A stretch of DNA of 64,000 bases from Macrostomum hystrix (taxonomy: Eukaryota > Animalia > Platyhelminthes): positions 11,284,001-11,348,000 of the forward strand of contig CATNEN010000001.1 in NCBI GenBank assembly GCA_950097015.1. Reading direction: 5' to 3'. How positions within the stretch are numbered: the stretch's first letter is position 1; each line of letters starts with the position of its first letter. Positions 25,946 to 37,611 of the stretch are shown in pieces. The notes beneath the pieces are model-generated. The model had not been told where the DNA came from. It did no database searches and worked only from the letters and a program-made list of their open reading frames with translations. Both the position numbers and the translations under genes were made by a program.

Positions 25946-27093
25946 AACACACAGAAGTCTTTGGTCTCACTAAAATAATCGTGTGCTCATGTGTATTATG
26001 AATGATGCTGGATATTGAGTTCGAAAATAGGATAATCTTAAAACTTGCCTTGATTACAAAGCTACAGGTAGTTCCCTATTTGATTGCACAACAACAAACA
26101 AACTTAGTAAAAATGTGCCAATAACATGTTACAATACTGTTATCAATCTATGAACAACAGTGTTGCATTTTTCCCATATTCAATATTGTTGCTAAGGGAT
26201 CTGTACAATCCTTGAGAAATGCCGCATGGGAATGATATTGTGTGTGCGTCTAGAAAACAAACAATGATTATCGCTCTAGAGTGGCCCAGGTATGCAGAGC
26301 GACAATTTTCACTTTTTCATTTCCAGGCAGTGAAATGGTTCGCCAACAAATTGTTAGTTCCCAAGGCCCCCGGTGGGATCAGCGGGGGGTAGCTTGCATG
26401 CGTGGTCAGTGCGCTGTGCTCCGAGTGGTTGTTGCGCAACACATCACCCCCTTTGCTACCGATATAGTGAGTTAGTGAGCAGCTAGTATGCTCACGTTAT
26501 AACATTGTCTCTCCGCGGGTGCATACATGACATTTGCAGAGATTTAGCAAAGCCGATAAGAATATGATTCAGTTTCTAGTGTCCAAAAACTAAAGAATTA
26601 TTCGAAATTAAAGATTTCGCTAAGTGATCGCCGATTTTCAAATGAAATCTGCTTTGGGAAAATGCTTAGTTGTTTGGGCCTAGTTAAAAAAATGAGGCAC
26701 ATGGCAACTAAAAGATGGACAAAACTAAACTGTCTTTGCTGATCAAGATTGATGAAAACTCGAAAAAGATTTTCTAGCATGGAGGCTATTCTCACTCATT
26801 CCACTTGTTTGGTGAGATGTAGCGTTAATTGATGCCGTGGGAGTATAGTCTCAAGTGAGTTCGATTTGAGATCGGTCAGCGAGATAAAGATGTCCCAGAG
26901 ATGGCTTCAATGATTATTGATTAATTCTACTAATCGCATGTGTTGGACATGGTAACTGGACTGGCAAATGGGAAATCAACTAATTTGTTATCAACAGCTA
27001 ACACTGATAACTATTTTGCTTAAATTTATCTGATTTCAATAAGCGAAAATTTAAAAAAAATCCAATGGCGTCGAGCAAGAGAGTGGTTAAGTT

Positions 27094-27374
27094 AAGAGAC
27101 AGGGAGATGGGGTAGGGAGATGGGGTAGAGAGTAAGAGGGATGGGGTAGAAAGAATGAGAGATGAGGTAGAGAGAATGAGAGACGGGATAAAGAGAATGA
27201 GAGATTGGGTAGAGAGAATGAGAGATGGGGTAGAGAGAATCAGAAATGGGGTAGAGAGAATGAGAGATGGGGTAGAGAGAATGAGAGATGAGGTTGAGAG
27301 ACAGAGAGATGGGGTAGAGAAATAGAGGGATGGGGTAGAGAGATGGGGTAGAGAGATGGGGTAGAGAGATGGGG
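27094..27374. repeat. Degenerate minisatellite, ~21 bp unit
   Basis: GAGAGATGGGGTAGAGAGAAT. Confidence 0.85.
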
Positions 27375-27807
27375 TCTTATCTTTATAAATTAGCATCCTT
27401 CCAGGAGTGCATCTTTAAATAACATTTTGTAGGTAATCGGCAAATGCATCATATTAGAGGATTTCGATATGTGGGATATTGGGATTTCATATACTTTGCC
27501 CATCTCAAAGACAGGATTTTCTAAGAATCAATTTGTCATCAGGAAATCATATTTCCTGACCGAGCAATCTGACCCAGTACATTGTAAATCCTTAATCTCT
27601 TGGATTAGGCCGGCGGTCTCACAATTTCCAGAACCCTAAATACTACGGATTATTAGACATATACTAGATAATCCTACCCATTGTTGAGGCTTTTGGGAAT
27701 ATTTGCTGAATCACGGAGTCTCGCTATCTATGTCTTCAAGCAAAGATTCCAGCAACTTGCAATCCTATTATTATAGTTCTGAGGTTCTTGGCTCGAATAT
27801 TCGAATA

Positions 27808-28445
27808 GTTAGCTACTCTCTGATCCTTCAGTTAGCTACCCTCTGATCCTTCAGTTAGCTACTCTCTGATCCTTCAGTTAGCTACTCTCTGATCCTTCAG
27901 TTAGCTACTCTCTGATCCTTCAGTTAGCTACTCTCTGATCCTTCAGTTAGCTACTCTCTGATCCTTCAGTTAGCTACCCTCAATTACTTCAGGATCCCTC
28001 TACCCCTCTACCCCTGATTCTTCAGGAACCTACCTGATTCTTCAGGAACCTACCTGATCCTTCAGGAACCTACCTTGTCCTTCAGGAACCTACTCTGATC
28101 CTTCAGGAACCTACCTTGTCCTTCAGGAACCTACTCTGATCCTTCAGAAACCAACCACTGGTACTTCAGGAACCTACCCTGATCCTTCAGGAATCAACAA
28201 CTTGTACTTTAGGAACCTGCCCTGATCCTTCAGGAACCAACAACTTGTACTTCAGGAACCTACTCTGATCCTTCATAAACCTAGCACTTGTACTTCAGGA
28301 ACCTACCCTGATCCTTCAGGAACCTACCCTTATCCTTCAGGAACCAACCACTTGTACTTCAGGAACCAACCAATTGTACTTCAGGAACCTACCATGATCC
28401 TTCAGGAACCTACCATGATCCTTCAGGAACCTACCGGTACCTCAG
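27808..28445. repeat. Compound minisatellite, 23 bp then 20-21 bp units
   Basis: GTTAGCTACTCTCTGATCCTTCA then GGAACCTACCCTGATCCTTCA. Confidence 0.93.
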
Positions 28446-29163
28446 GAGTAAACTTTCCTGATACTTTAGCTCTCAGTACTAAAGGATCAAAAATTTGTCT
28501 AAAGCAAAACTTTTTTTGATTCGTTTCGCAGCAAAAACAAAAAAAGTTGGTCAAACTTACTGAAATACCGCTCTGAGTAGTATGATTAGCGCATTCTTTC
28601 TAAATTTACCAAACATTTTCTGCCTTTGTCGCCTAGTGAAATTAACAAAAAGGGCGTGGCTACCGTTGTAATTAAATTTTATTGAAATCGAATTTCTTCA
28701 GTATCAAATTTGTCTTCCATCATTAAAATTCAACTTTAGCCTACCGGAGTCTACTCAAAATCTCGAGTGAAATTTCTTTGTAAAATTAGTTTTGAAAATC
28801 AAAGAAAGTATAGGAAATTCCGGAGAAAGCTAATCCAAAAAATTTCCTGTTCGATCTGAAGGAAACGAGAGTAAAACAAAAGGAATTAGTTGGCACTGTT
28901 GGTGCTGAGATTTGAGCTCACACCTGGGTATACCTGAGTTGCATCCCTGATTGCTCACAAAACCCTTATGTTACTCACTCACTGTTGCTAAATAATCCTC
29001 TTTCTTGTGTCTTCTTTTGCTGCCAAATTTCAGGTCCCCATCATGCCCAGAGGCTGTGTTTGGCCTGCTTAATTTATTCATATGCTAATTCTGTCTGCCT
29101 GAGCGAAAACTGTATTTGCAGCGCGAAAAATTTATTGATTGGCTTGGCTAGGTAACACTGTAG

Positions 29164-29660
29164 GACACGGGAGATATGAGACACAGGAGAGATGAGACAC
29201 GGGAGAGATGAGACACGGGAGAGATGAGACACGAGAGAGATAAGACGCGGGAGATAAGACACGGGAGAGATGAGATAAGGGGGAGATTAGACACGGGAGA
29301 GATTAGACACGGGAGAGATTAGACACGGGAGAGATAAGACACGGGAGAGATGAGACACGGGAGAGATGAGACACGGGAGAGATGAGACACGGGAGAGATG
29401 AGACGCGAGAGATAAGACACGGGAGAGATGAGACACGGGAGATATGAGACACGAGAGAGATGAGACACGAGAGAGATGAGACACGAGAGAGATGAGACAC
29501 GGGAGAGATGAGACACGGGAGATAAGACACAGGAGAGATGAGACACGAGAGAGATGAGACGCGGGAGAGATGAGGCACGAGAGAGATGAGACACGGGAGA
29601 GATGAGACACGGGAGAGGTGAGACACGGGTGAGATGAGACACGAGAGAGATGAGACACGG
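29164..29660. repeat. Minisatellite, 16 bp unit (reverse of 3808-4411)
   Basis: GAGACACGGGAGAGAT. Confidence 0.96.
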
Positions 29661-29900
29661 TTGCAAATAATTGAGCTTGAGTCAATGTTTGATCATTTAC
29701 TATTCTATACTCAATTCCAGATTAAGCTGCTTTCCTAATCACTAAGTTATACCAGTTATGCAAGTTGAATTGGCTTAGATACAAAGAAAAATGTATCGGT
29801 TATTTGAATCAATATTTTACTTAATTTGAATTTTTTTTCTATAAATTGTGCTTCATTTTCGTGACTTTGAATACTATTAATTACCTTTGGATATAATACG

Positions 29901-29915
29901 TGACGTGACGTGACG
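29901..29915. promoter_or_regulatory. Three tandem CRE half-sites between divergent NR4A and HDC
   Basis: TGACG TGACG TGACG, about 510 bp upstream of the HDC ATG. Confidence 0.35.
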
Positions 29916-30168
29916 ACTTGTCTAACACTTCCAAATATCTGAAAGATTTCGATCTCATTCAATTCTCTCCAGCTAGCTGAAATCCTATTGGTCAATAAGC
30001 TTTGGGCCAACATATAAAAGTAATTTCTGCAGCTATTCCAGTTGCTAATAAAAAGCTGTGAATTAAAGATATCTTCACCGTTTTTACAACGATTTATAGA
30101 TTTTTGGGAGAAATTCTGCCTAAATCTAGGTAAGTCCAAGATAAACAGAATTAGATAGAAAGAATGAA

Positions 30169-30377
<209 letters not shown>

Positions 30378-30426
30378 TATGGTTAGATCACGATCTCACC
30401 CGTGTCTCCGGGCTCTTCAGTGCAGC

Positions 30427-32164
30427 ATGGATCTGAAGGAATACCGCAAGCGAGGCAAGGAGATGGTCGATTTCATAGCTGACTACCTGGAGAACATCCG
30501 CAGCTACCGGGTGTTCCCAGACGTCGAGCCCGGCTACATGCGGTCGTTGGTGCCCGATCGAGCTCCTGAGAGCGGAGAGAAATGGGACAAGATCTTTGCC
30601 GACTTCCAGAGCGCCGTGATGCCGGGGGTGAGTGGGGCTGCCAATCAATTCCTGTCATCCACTAAATGTCATTGGGGGTCATTGATTTGTGATTTCAGTC
30701 ATTTGGGCGGCCAGATTGGTCATTGATCGGTGGTTTTAGTCATTCGATTGATCATACGGGTTATGACCGCTCGATTTCAGTCATTAGAGCACTGATTTTA
30801 ATCATAAAGCGGTGACTTCATTCATTAGAACAGTCATACGGGTTATTTATCGGTGATTTCAGTCATTTGGTAATTTTAGTCATTCATATTGGTCATTGGT
30901 CATTGAGCCGATTCGATTCTTCTAACTCTTCCAGATGACGCACTGGCAAAGTCCTCGCATGCACGCCTACTTCCCTGCGTTGAATTCGCCCGCCTCGCTA
31001 CTCGGTGACATGCTAGCCGAGGGGCTCAACCCCGTGGCGTTCACCTGGGCTGCATCCCCGGCCTGCTCGGAGCTGGAGATCATCGTGATGGACTGGCTAG
31101 CCAAGATGCTGCAGCTTCCAGAGCATTTCCTCCACAGCTGCGGCTCCAGCTCCGGCGGTGGCTGCATCTTGGTGAGTGACAGCTTCACTCTGTTCGAATC
31201 GATTTCACTCTACGTTCTCTAATGTCACTCTCCGGTCTCTAATGTCACTCTCCGGTCTCTAATGTCACTCTCCGGTCTCTAATGTCACTCTCCGGTCTCT
31301 AATGTCACTCTCCGGTCTCTAATGTCACTCTCCGGTCTCAAATGTCACTCTCCGGTCTCTAATGTCACTCTCCGGTCTCTAATGTCACTCTCCGGTCTCT
31401 AATGTCACTCTTCGGTCTCTAATGTCACTCTCCGGTCTCTTATGTCCAAAACTAACTAGCCTAGATATCGAAATGACATTAGAAAGGTCTATAGTGCAGA
31501 GATGCGATATGGTTCGTCATCTCTAGTGACACACCCCACAGAAACAGATATGAGAATATTCCACTGTATTATTAAATAATTTTGTCACGAGAGCTGAAAA
31601 GAAAAGTATGAGAAAAAACAGACTAATTCTGCATCTTAGTATAACAGTTCCTGACACTTCAGTTACTCAAATAATTCTGGCAAAATTAAGCGAACAACTC
31701 AACTGTGTTTGAGTCAAGCCAGCAATATACAATAGAAGTAAACGTCACTAGTCTATTTATTAAGGCATTGAAAGGGAATTGCAGATAGGATGGCAGGCTA
31801 GCATTGTAAAAGTGTGCAATATTTCTGCTTGTTAATAGCAATGCAGTGAATAAGTAACGAAAAAGTGACGAGAAACGAGTCAATCTATCAGTCTATCGTA
31901 ATCATATTGAGATAATCAGTTGTCAAATAACAGGATAAAAACGATATAAAGTCAATGAATTAATGAATGAAATGAATACTCTATTTCAAAGGAGAAACAT
32001 TTTGTTTCGGTCCGTCAATTTTTCTATTCATCTAAAATATTCTGGCAATCGATCAATCAATATATTTTGTCCTTAATTATTGACTATTCAGGATTAATCA
32101 ATCGGTCAAAGAATCAATCAATCTATCTATCTATCAATCTATCTATCTACCTACCTACCTATCG

Positions 32165-32241
<77 letters not shown>

Positions 32242-35200
32242 CCAAACAATCTATCAATCAATCGATCAAACAATCAATCAATCAATCAATCAATTAGTCA
32301 ATCAATAAATCGATCAACCAATCAATCAATCAATCGATCGATCGAACAACCAACCAATCAATAAACCAAACAATCTATCAATCAATTAAACAATCGATCA
32401 ACCCATCAATCAATCAATCAATCAGCTAACCAATCAATTAATCAATCTGTCAATCTGTCAATCGATCTATCTATCAATCAATCAATCAATTAATCAACAG
32501 GACATAAAAAAACAAATTAGACAACTGACCAGCCAATAACAATATATCAATCAATCAATCAATCAATAATTGAATAAATTAAGCAATCAAGAGGCCTTAA
32601 AATATCTGATTAGTCAACTAGCCAGCCAAAAATCAATCAATCAATCAACGCACCCAACCAGACCACGGCCTCCGAGGGCACCCTAGTCAGCCTGCTGGCA
32701 GCCAGACGGCAGGCCATCAACAATTATCGCCTGGATTTGGACTGCGACGAGCTGACAGACTCGGAGATCAATAGCCGCCTGATTGCCTATTGTTCTGATC
32801 AGGCAAGAATAAAACTTCTTTTAAAAAATCTTGTCACATGCGCGTTTATTGCTACTAACTCGCACAATAAAATATCAGTAGTATGAATGCGCGATCTAAA
32901 ATTTTTTATCCAAATTAGGCCCATTCATCGGTGGAGAAGGCGGCGGTGATTAGCCTGGTGCAGATCAGGTTTGTACCGTCCGATGAGCGCTTCTCTATGC
33001 GCGGGTCTGCACTCGAGCGGCTCATTGCCGAGGATCTGAAACGAGGCCTTCAGCCATTCTACGTCTGCGCCACCCTGGGCACCACCGGAGCCTGCGCCTT
33101 CGACTTGCTGGAGGAGATCGGGCCAGTCTGTGAGCTCGTCAGCAAAAACTGTCTCGTCTGACACTTGCTCACATTCTATCTGACACGGTTTTTCTGAAAA
33201 AATTCTCTCATCTGAAACTTGAAGCTCGAGAACCACACTTGTATCACACATCTAGCATCTGACACTTATATCTGACATCTGACACTTATATCTGACACTT
33301 ATATATGACACTTAGATCTGACACTTATATATGACACTTAGATCTGACATCTGACACTTATATCTGACATCTAACACTTATATCTGACACTTATATATGA
33401 CACTTAGATCTGACACTTAGATCTGACACTTCGATCTGACATCTGACACTTATATCTGACATCTGACACTTATATCTGAGATCTAACACTTATATCTGAC
33501 ACTTATAAATGACACTTAGATCTGACACTTATATATGACACTTAGATCTGACACTTATATATGACACTTATAAATGACACTTAGATCTGACACTTAGATC
33601 TGACACTTCGATCTGACACTTAGATCTGAAATCTGACACTTACATCTGACATCTAACACTTATATCTGACACTTAGATCTCACATTTGACACTTATATCT
33701 GACAATTTTCTCCCTCCGACGGCCCGCAGGCAAAACTCACGACCTGTGGCTGCACGTCGATGCCGCCTACGCTGGCAGCAGCTTCGTCTGTCCGGAGTTT
33801 CGCCAGCCGATGCGAGGCATTCAACACGCCGAGTCGTTCGTTTTCAATCCGAGCAAATGGCTGCTGGTCAACTTCGACTGCACGGCTCTCTGGTGAGCTC
33901 CATGTCCTAGATTGTCACTCCATATCCTAGATTGTCACTCCATGTCCAAGATTGTCACTCCATGTCCTAGATTGTCACTCCATGTCCTAGATTGTCACTC
34001 CATGTCCAAGATTGTCACTCCATGTCCTAGATTGTCACTCCATGTCCTAGATTGTCACTCCATGTCCTAGATTGGTCACTCCATGTCCAAGATTGTCACT
34101 CCATGTCCTAGATTGTCACTCCATGTCCTAGATTGTCACTCCATGTCCTGGATTGTCACTCCATGTCCTAGATTGTCACTCCATGTCCTAGATTGTCACT
34201 CCATGTCCTAGATTGTCACTCCATGTCCTAGATTGTCACTCCATGTCCTAGATTGTCACTCCATGTCCTAGATTGTCACTCCATGTCCTAGATTGGTCAC
34301 TCCATGTCCTAGATTGTCACTCCATGTCCTAGATTGTCACTCCATGTCCTGGATTGTCACTCCGTGTCCTAGATTGGTCACTCCATGTCCTAGATTGTCA
34401 CTCCATGTCCTAGATTGTCACTCCATGTCCTAGATTGTCACTCCATGTCCTAGATTGTCACTCCATGTCCTAGATTGTCACTCCATGTCCTAGATTGGTC
34501 ACTCCATGTCCTAGATTGTCACTCCATGTCCAAGATTGTCACTCCATGTCCTAGATTGTCACTCCATGTCCTAGATTGTCACTCCATATCCTAGATTGTC
34601 ACTCCATGTCCTAGATTGTCACTCCATATCCTGGATTGTCACTCCATGTCCTGGATTGTCACTCCATGTCCTGGATTGTCACTCCATGTCCTAGATTGTC
34701 ACTCCATGTCCTAGATTGTCACTCCATGTCCAAGATTGGTCACTCCATGTCCAAGATTATCACTCCATGTCCTAGATTGTCACTCCATGTCCTAGATTGT
34801 CACTCCATATCCTAGATTGTCACTCCATATCCTAGATTGTCACTCCATGTCCTAGATTGGTCACTCCATGTCCAAGATTATCACTCGCATTGCAGGGTTA
34901 AGGACAGTCGCAAGCTGCACAACACATTCAACATTGAGCCTCTATATTTAAAGCACGAGAAGACCGGAGTGGCGATTGACTTTATGGTGAGTTGTCGGAC
35001 AATGAGACAGACAAAAATCAATATTGCAAACTTCTAAAATGAATTGAAACCATTGCAGCACTGGCAGATACCGTTGAGCAAAAAGTTTCGCTCACTGAAG
35101 CTCTGGTTTGTGCTCCGCAGCTATGGCATTGAGGGTCTTCAGTCACACATTCGCAGGGTGATTGCCGGCATCAATTGTCTAACTGTTTTCTTCTGAATAT

Positions 35201-37611
35201 AACACATCTAACAGGTCTATGCCCTGTCTAACAGCTTTATGTGCTGTCTAACAGATTCTTGTCCTGTCTAACAGTCTAACAAAATTAAAATAATTATTTC
35301 TAACAGGTTTATGTCCTATCTAATGGGTTTAGGTCCCATTTAATGAGTTTAGGTCCTGTCTAATGGGTTTAGGTCCTGTCTAATGGGTTTAGGTCCTGTC
35401 TAATGGGTTAAGGTCCTGTCTAATGGGTTAAGGTCCTATCTAATGGGTTTAGGTCCCATCTAATGGGTTTAGGTCCTGTCTAATGGGTTTAGGTCCTGTC
35501 TAATGGGTTTAGGTCCTATCTAATGGGTTTAGGTCCTATCTAATGGGTTTAGGTCCTATCTAATGGGTTTAGGTCCTGTCTAATGGGTTTAGGTCCTATC
35601 TAATGGGTTTAGGTCCTGTCTAACAGGTTTAGGTCCTGTCTAACAGGTTTATATCCTGTCTAAAACATCTAGGTCACTTTAGACACTTTGGAGAGGTTTT
35701 GGTTAAACAAATTATGTCCTGACTAACATAGATTACTACGTTTAAGCCCTGCGTAACAGTTTCTGGTAAGTGTCGATTTTAAGTGGGTTTAAAAAGAATT
35801 TGCACTAGCCGTTAAATAATTAATTGCAAACTACCATTCACTGCAGTCCGTTCAACTAGCCGAATATTTTGAGGCCAAGATTCGAGCCGACGCACGCTTC
35901 GAGATAATCGCCGAGCGACACCTCGGACTGGTCACGTTCAGGCTGAAGGTGCTCATGGCAGATTAAAGATCTCACTCTAAAATCTCAATGAGATCTCACT
36001 CTAAACTGTCAATGAGATCTCACTCTAAAATCTCAATGAGATCTCACTCTAAACTGTCAATAAGATCTCACTCTAAACTGTCAATGAGATCTCACTCTAA
36101 AATTTCAATCAGATCTCACTCTAAAATCTCAATGAGATCTCACTCTAAACTCTCAATGAGATCTCACTCTAAAATATCGATAAGATCTCACTCTAAAATC
36201 TCAATATGATCTCACTGTAAGATCTCAATGAGATCTCACTCTAAACTCTCAATGAGATCTCACTCTAAAATCTTAAATTGTCAGGGTGAAAACGCCAACA
36301 CGGAGACGCTGCTGAAGCGGGTGAACAGGTCCGGCCAGATCCACATGGTTCCGGCTGCATTGCGAGGCCGGTACATTATTCGATACACCGTCACCTCGCC
36401 GATGACAACCGAAGCTGATCTGGACTTTGACTACGGCGTCATTAGCGACATCGCCTGTCGGGTCCTGGCCGACGTTAGCCGGGAGCAGCATATGCAGCAG
36501 AAACAGCTGCAGTTGCAGCAGCAGCATCAGCAGCAGCAGCAGATGGCGATGCCACAGCAGCCGCGGCGACCGCCGAAACGAATCGGCGACTACCGGATGT
36601 CGCTGCTGCTTAGCAACGTCACCTCGCAGCCAAAGTTCGTTGACAGCTCATTCGCTGCTCTCACGGACAACCGCGAGCTGGCTAGGGTAAGATCCCAGAT
36701 CCTAGATCCTAGATCCCAGATCCCAGATCCTAGATCCCAGATCCTAGATCCCAGATCCTAGATCCCAGATCCTAGATCCCAGATCCTAGATCCCAGATCC
36801 TAGATCTCAGATCCTAGATCCCAGATCCTAGATCCCAGATCCTAGATCCCAGATCCTAGATCCCAGATCCTAGATCCCAGATCCTAGATCCCAGATCCTA
36901 GATCCCAGATCCTAGATCCCAGATCCTAGATCCCAGATCCTAGATCCCAGATCCTAGATCCCAGATCCTAGATCCCAGATCCTAGATCCCAGATCCTAGA
37001 TCCCAGATCCTAGATCCCAGATCCTAGATCCCAGATCCTAGATCCCAGATCCTAGATCCCAGATCCTAGATCCCAGATCCTAGATCCCAGATCCTAGATC
37101 CCAGATCCTAGATCCCAGATCCTAGATCCCAGATCCTAGATCCCAGATCCTAAGTCTTAAGGAGTCTTCAATCTTGACCCAATCCATGTCGCAGGACTTC
37201 CGCAGCCAACTCTCCGTGTGGGTGAGCAGTCGGCCGCTTTCCTTCTCGCCAATCGCCGGCGGTCGCTCAGCCGCTGCCGCTGCGGCTGCCGCCATGCGCG
37301 GTCAGAAGAGCCTCGACTACGGCGGCGGCGTTGTCGGCGGTTGCTGCATGACGCCTCAGCAGCAGGCAGCGTCGACGTCGTCTTGTCGCCGAATTGTTCG
37401 GCCCTCTCGAGGTCGCCTAAACTCGCTCGACTCCAAAGTTGATGGTCTGGTTGTGAGCAGCCTCAGCGAGGCCGATCCGGACGCTGAGCAAGAGGAAGAG
37501 GCTTCAGTTGATGATGACGACGAAGAGGACGACGATGAAGAAGAAGAAGAAGCCGAAGGTCAAGGTCAAGAAAACACAGAGGAGACGGTTCAGAAGAAGA
37601 TAGAAAACTGA
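30427..37611 (+). CDS. HDC: Histidine decarboxylase (group II PLP decarboxylase), 10 exons, ~687 aa
   Basis: Exons 30427-30627, 30935-31171, 32662-32802, 32919-33129, 33730-33892, 34896-34986, 35059-35157, 35847-35948, 36285-36686, 37195-37611 (2064 nt). Motifs [28 protein letters not shown]-lysine FNPSKW and HWQIPLS(KKF) are HDC-type rather than DDC (NPHKW, IPLG) or TDC. The C-terminal SLLLSN...[10 protein letters not shown] motif resembles insect Hdc. AATAAA at 37635. Confidence 0.9.
31216..31444. repeat. Minisatellite, 20 bp unit
   Basis: TCTAATGTCACTCTCCGGTC. Confidence 0.97.
32107..32648. repeat. (TCAA)n / (TCTA)n microsatellite
   Basis: Degenerate ATCA runs ending about 13 nt before acceptor 32661. 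Confidence 0.92.
33258..33704. repeat. Minisatellite, 13 bp unit (7 bp variant)
   Basis: TCTGACACTTA(T/G)A. Confidence 0.95.
33897..34886. repeat. Minisatellite, 20 bp unit filling HDC intron 5
   Basis: CTCCATGTCCTAGATTGTCA. Confidence 0.97.
35207..35663. repeat. Minisatellite, 20 bp unit (CCTGTCTAACAGG-related)
   Basis: CCTGTCTAATGGGTTTAGGT, with edge units CCTGTCTAACAGGTTTA. Confidence 0.94.
35967..36271. repeat. Minisatellite, 24 bp unit filling HDC intron 8
   Basis: AGATCTCACTCTAAAATCTCAATG. Confidence 0.95.
36690..37151. repeat. Minisatellite, 14 bp (7+7) unit in HDC intron 9
   Basis: AGATCCC AGATCCT, nearly perfect. Confidence 0.97.
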
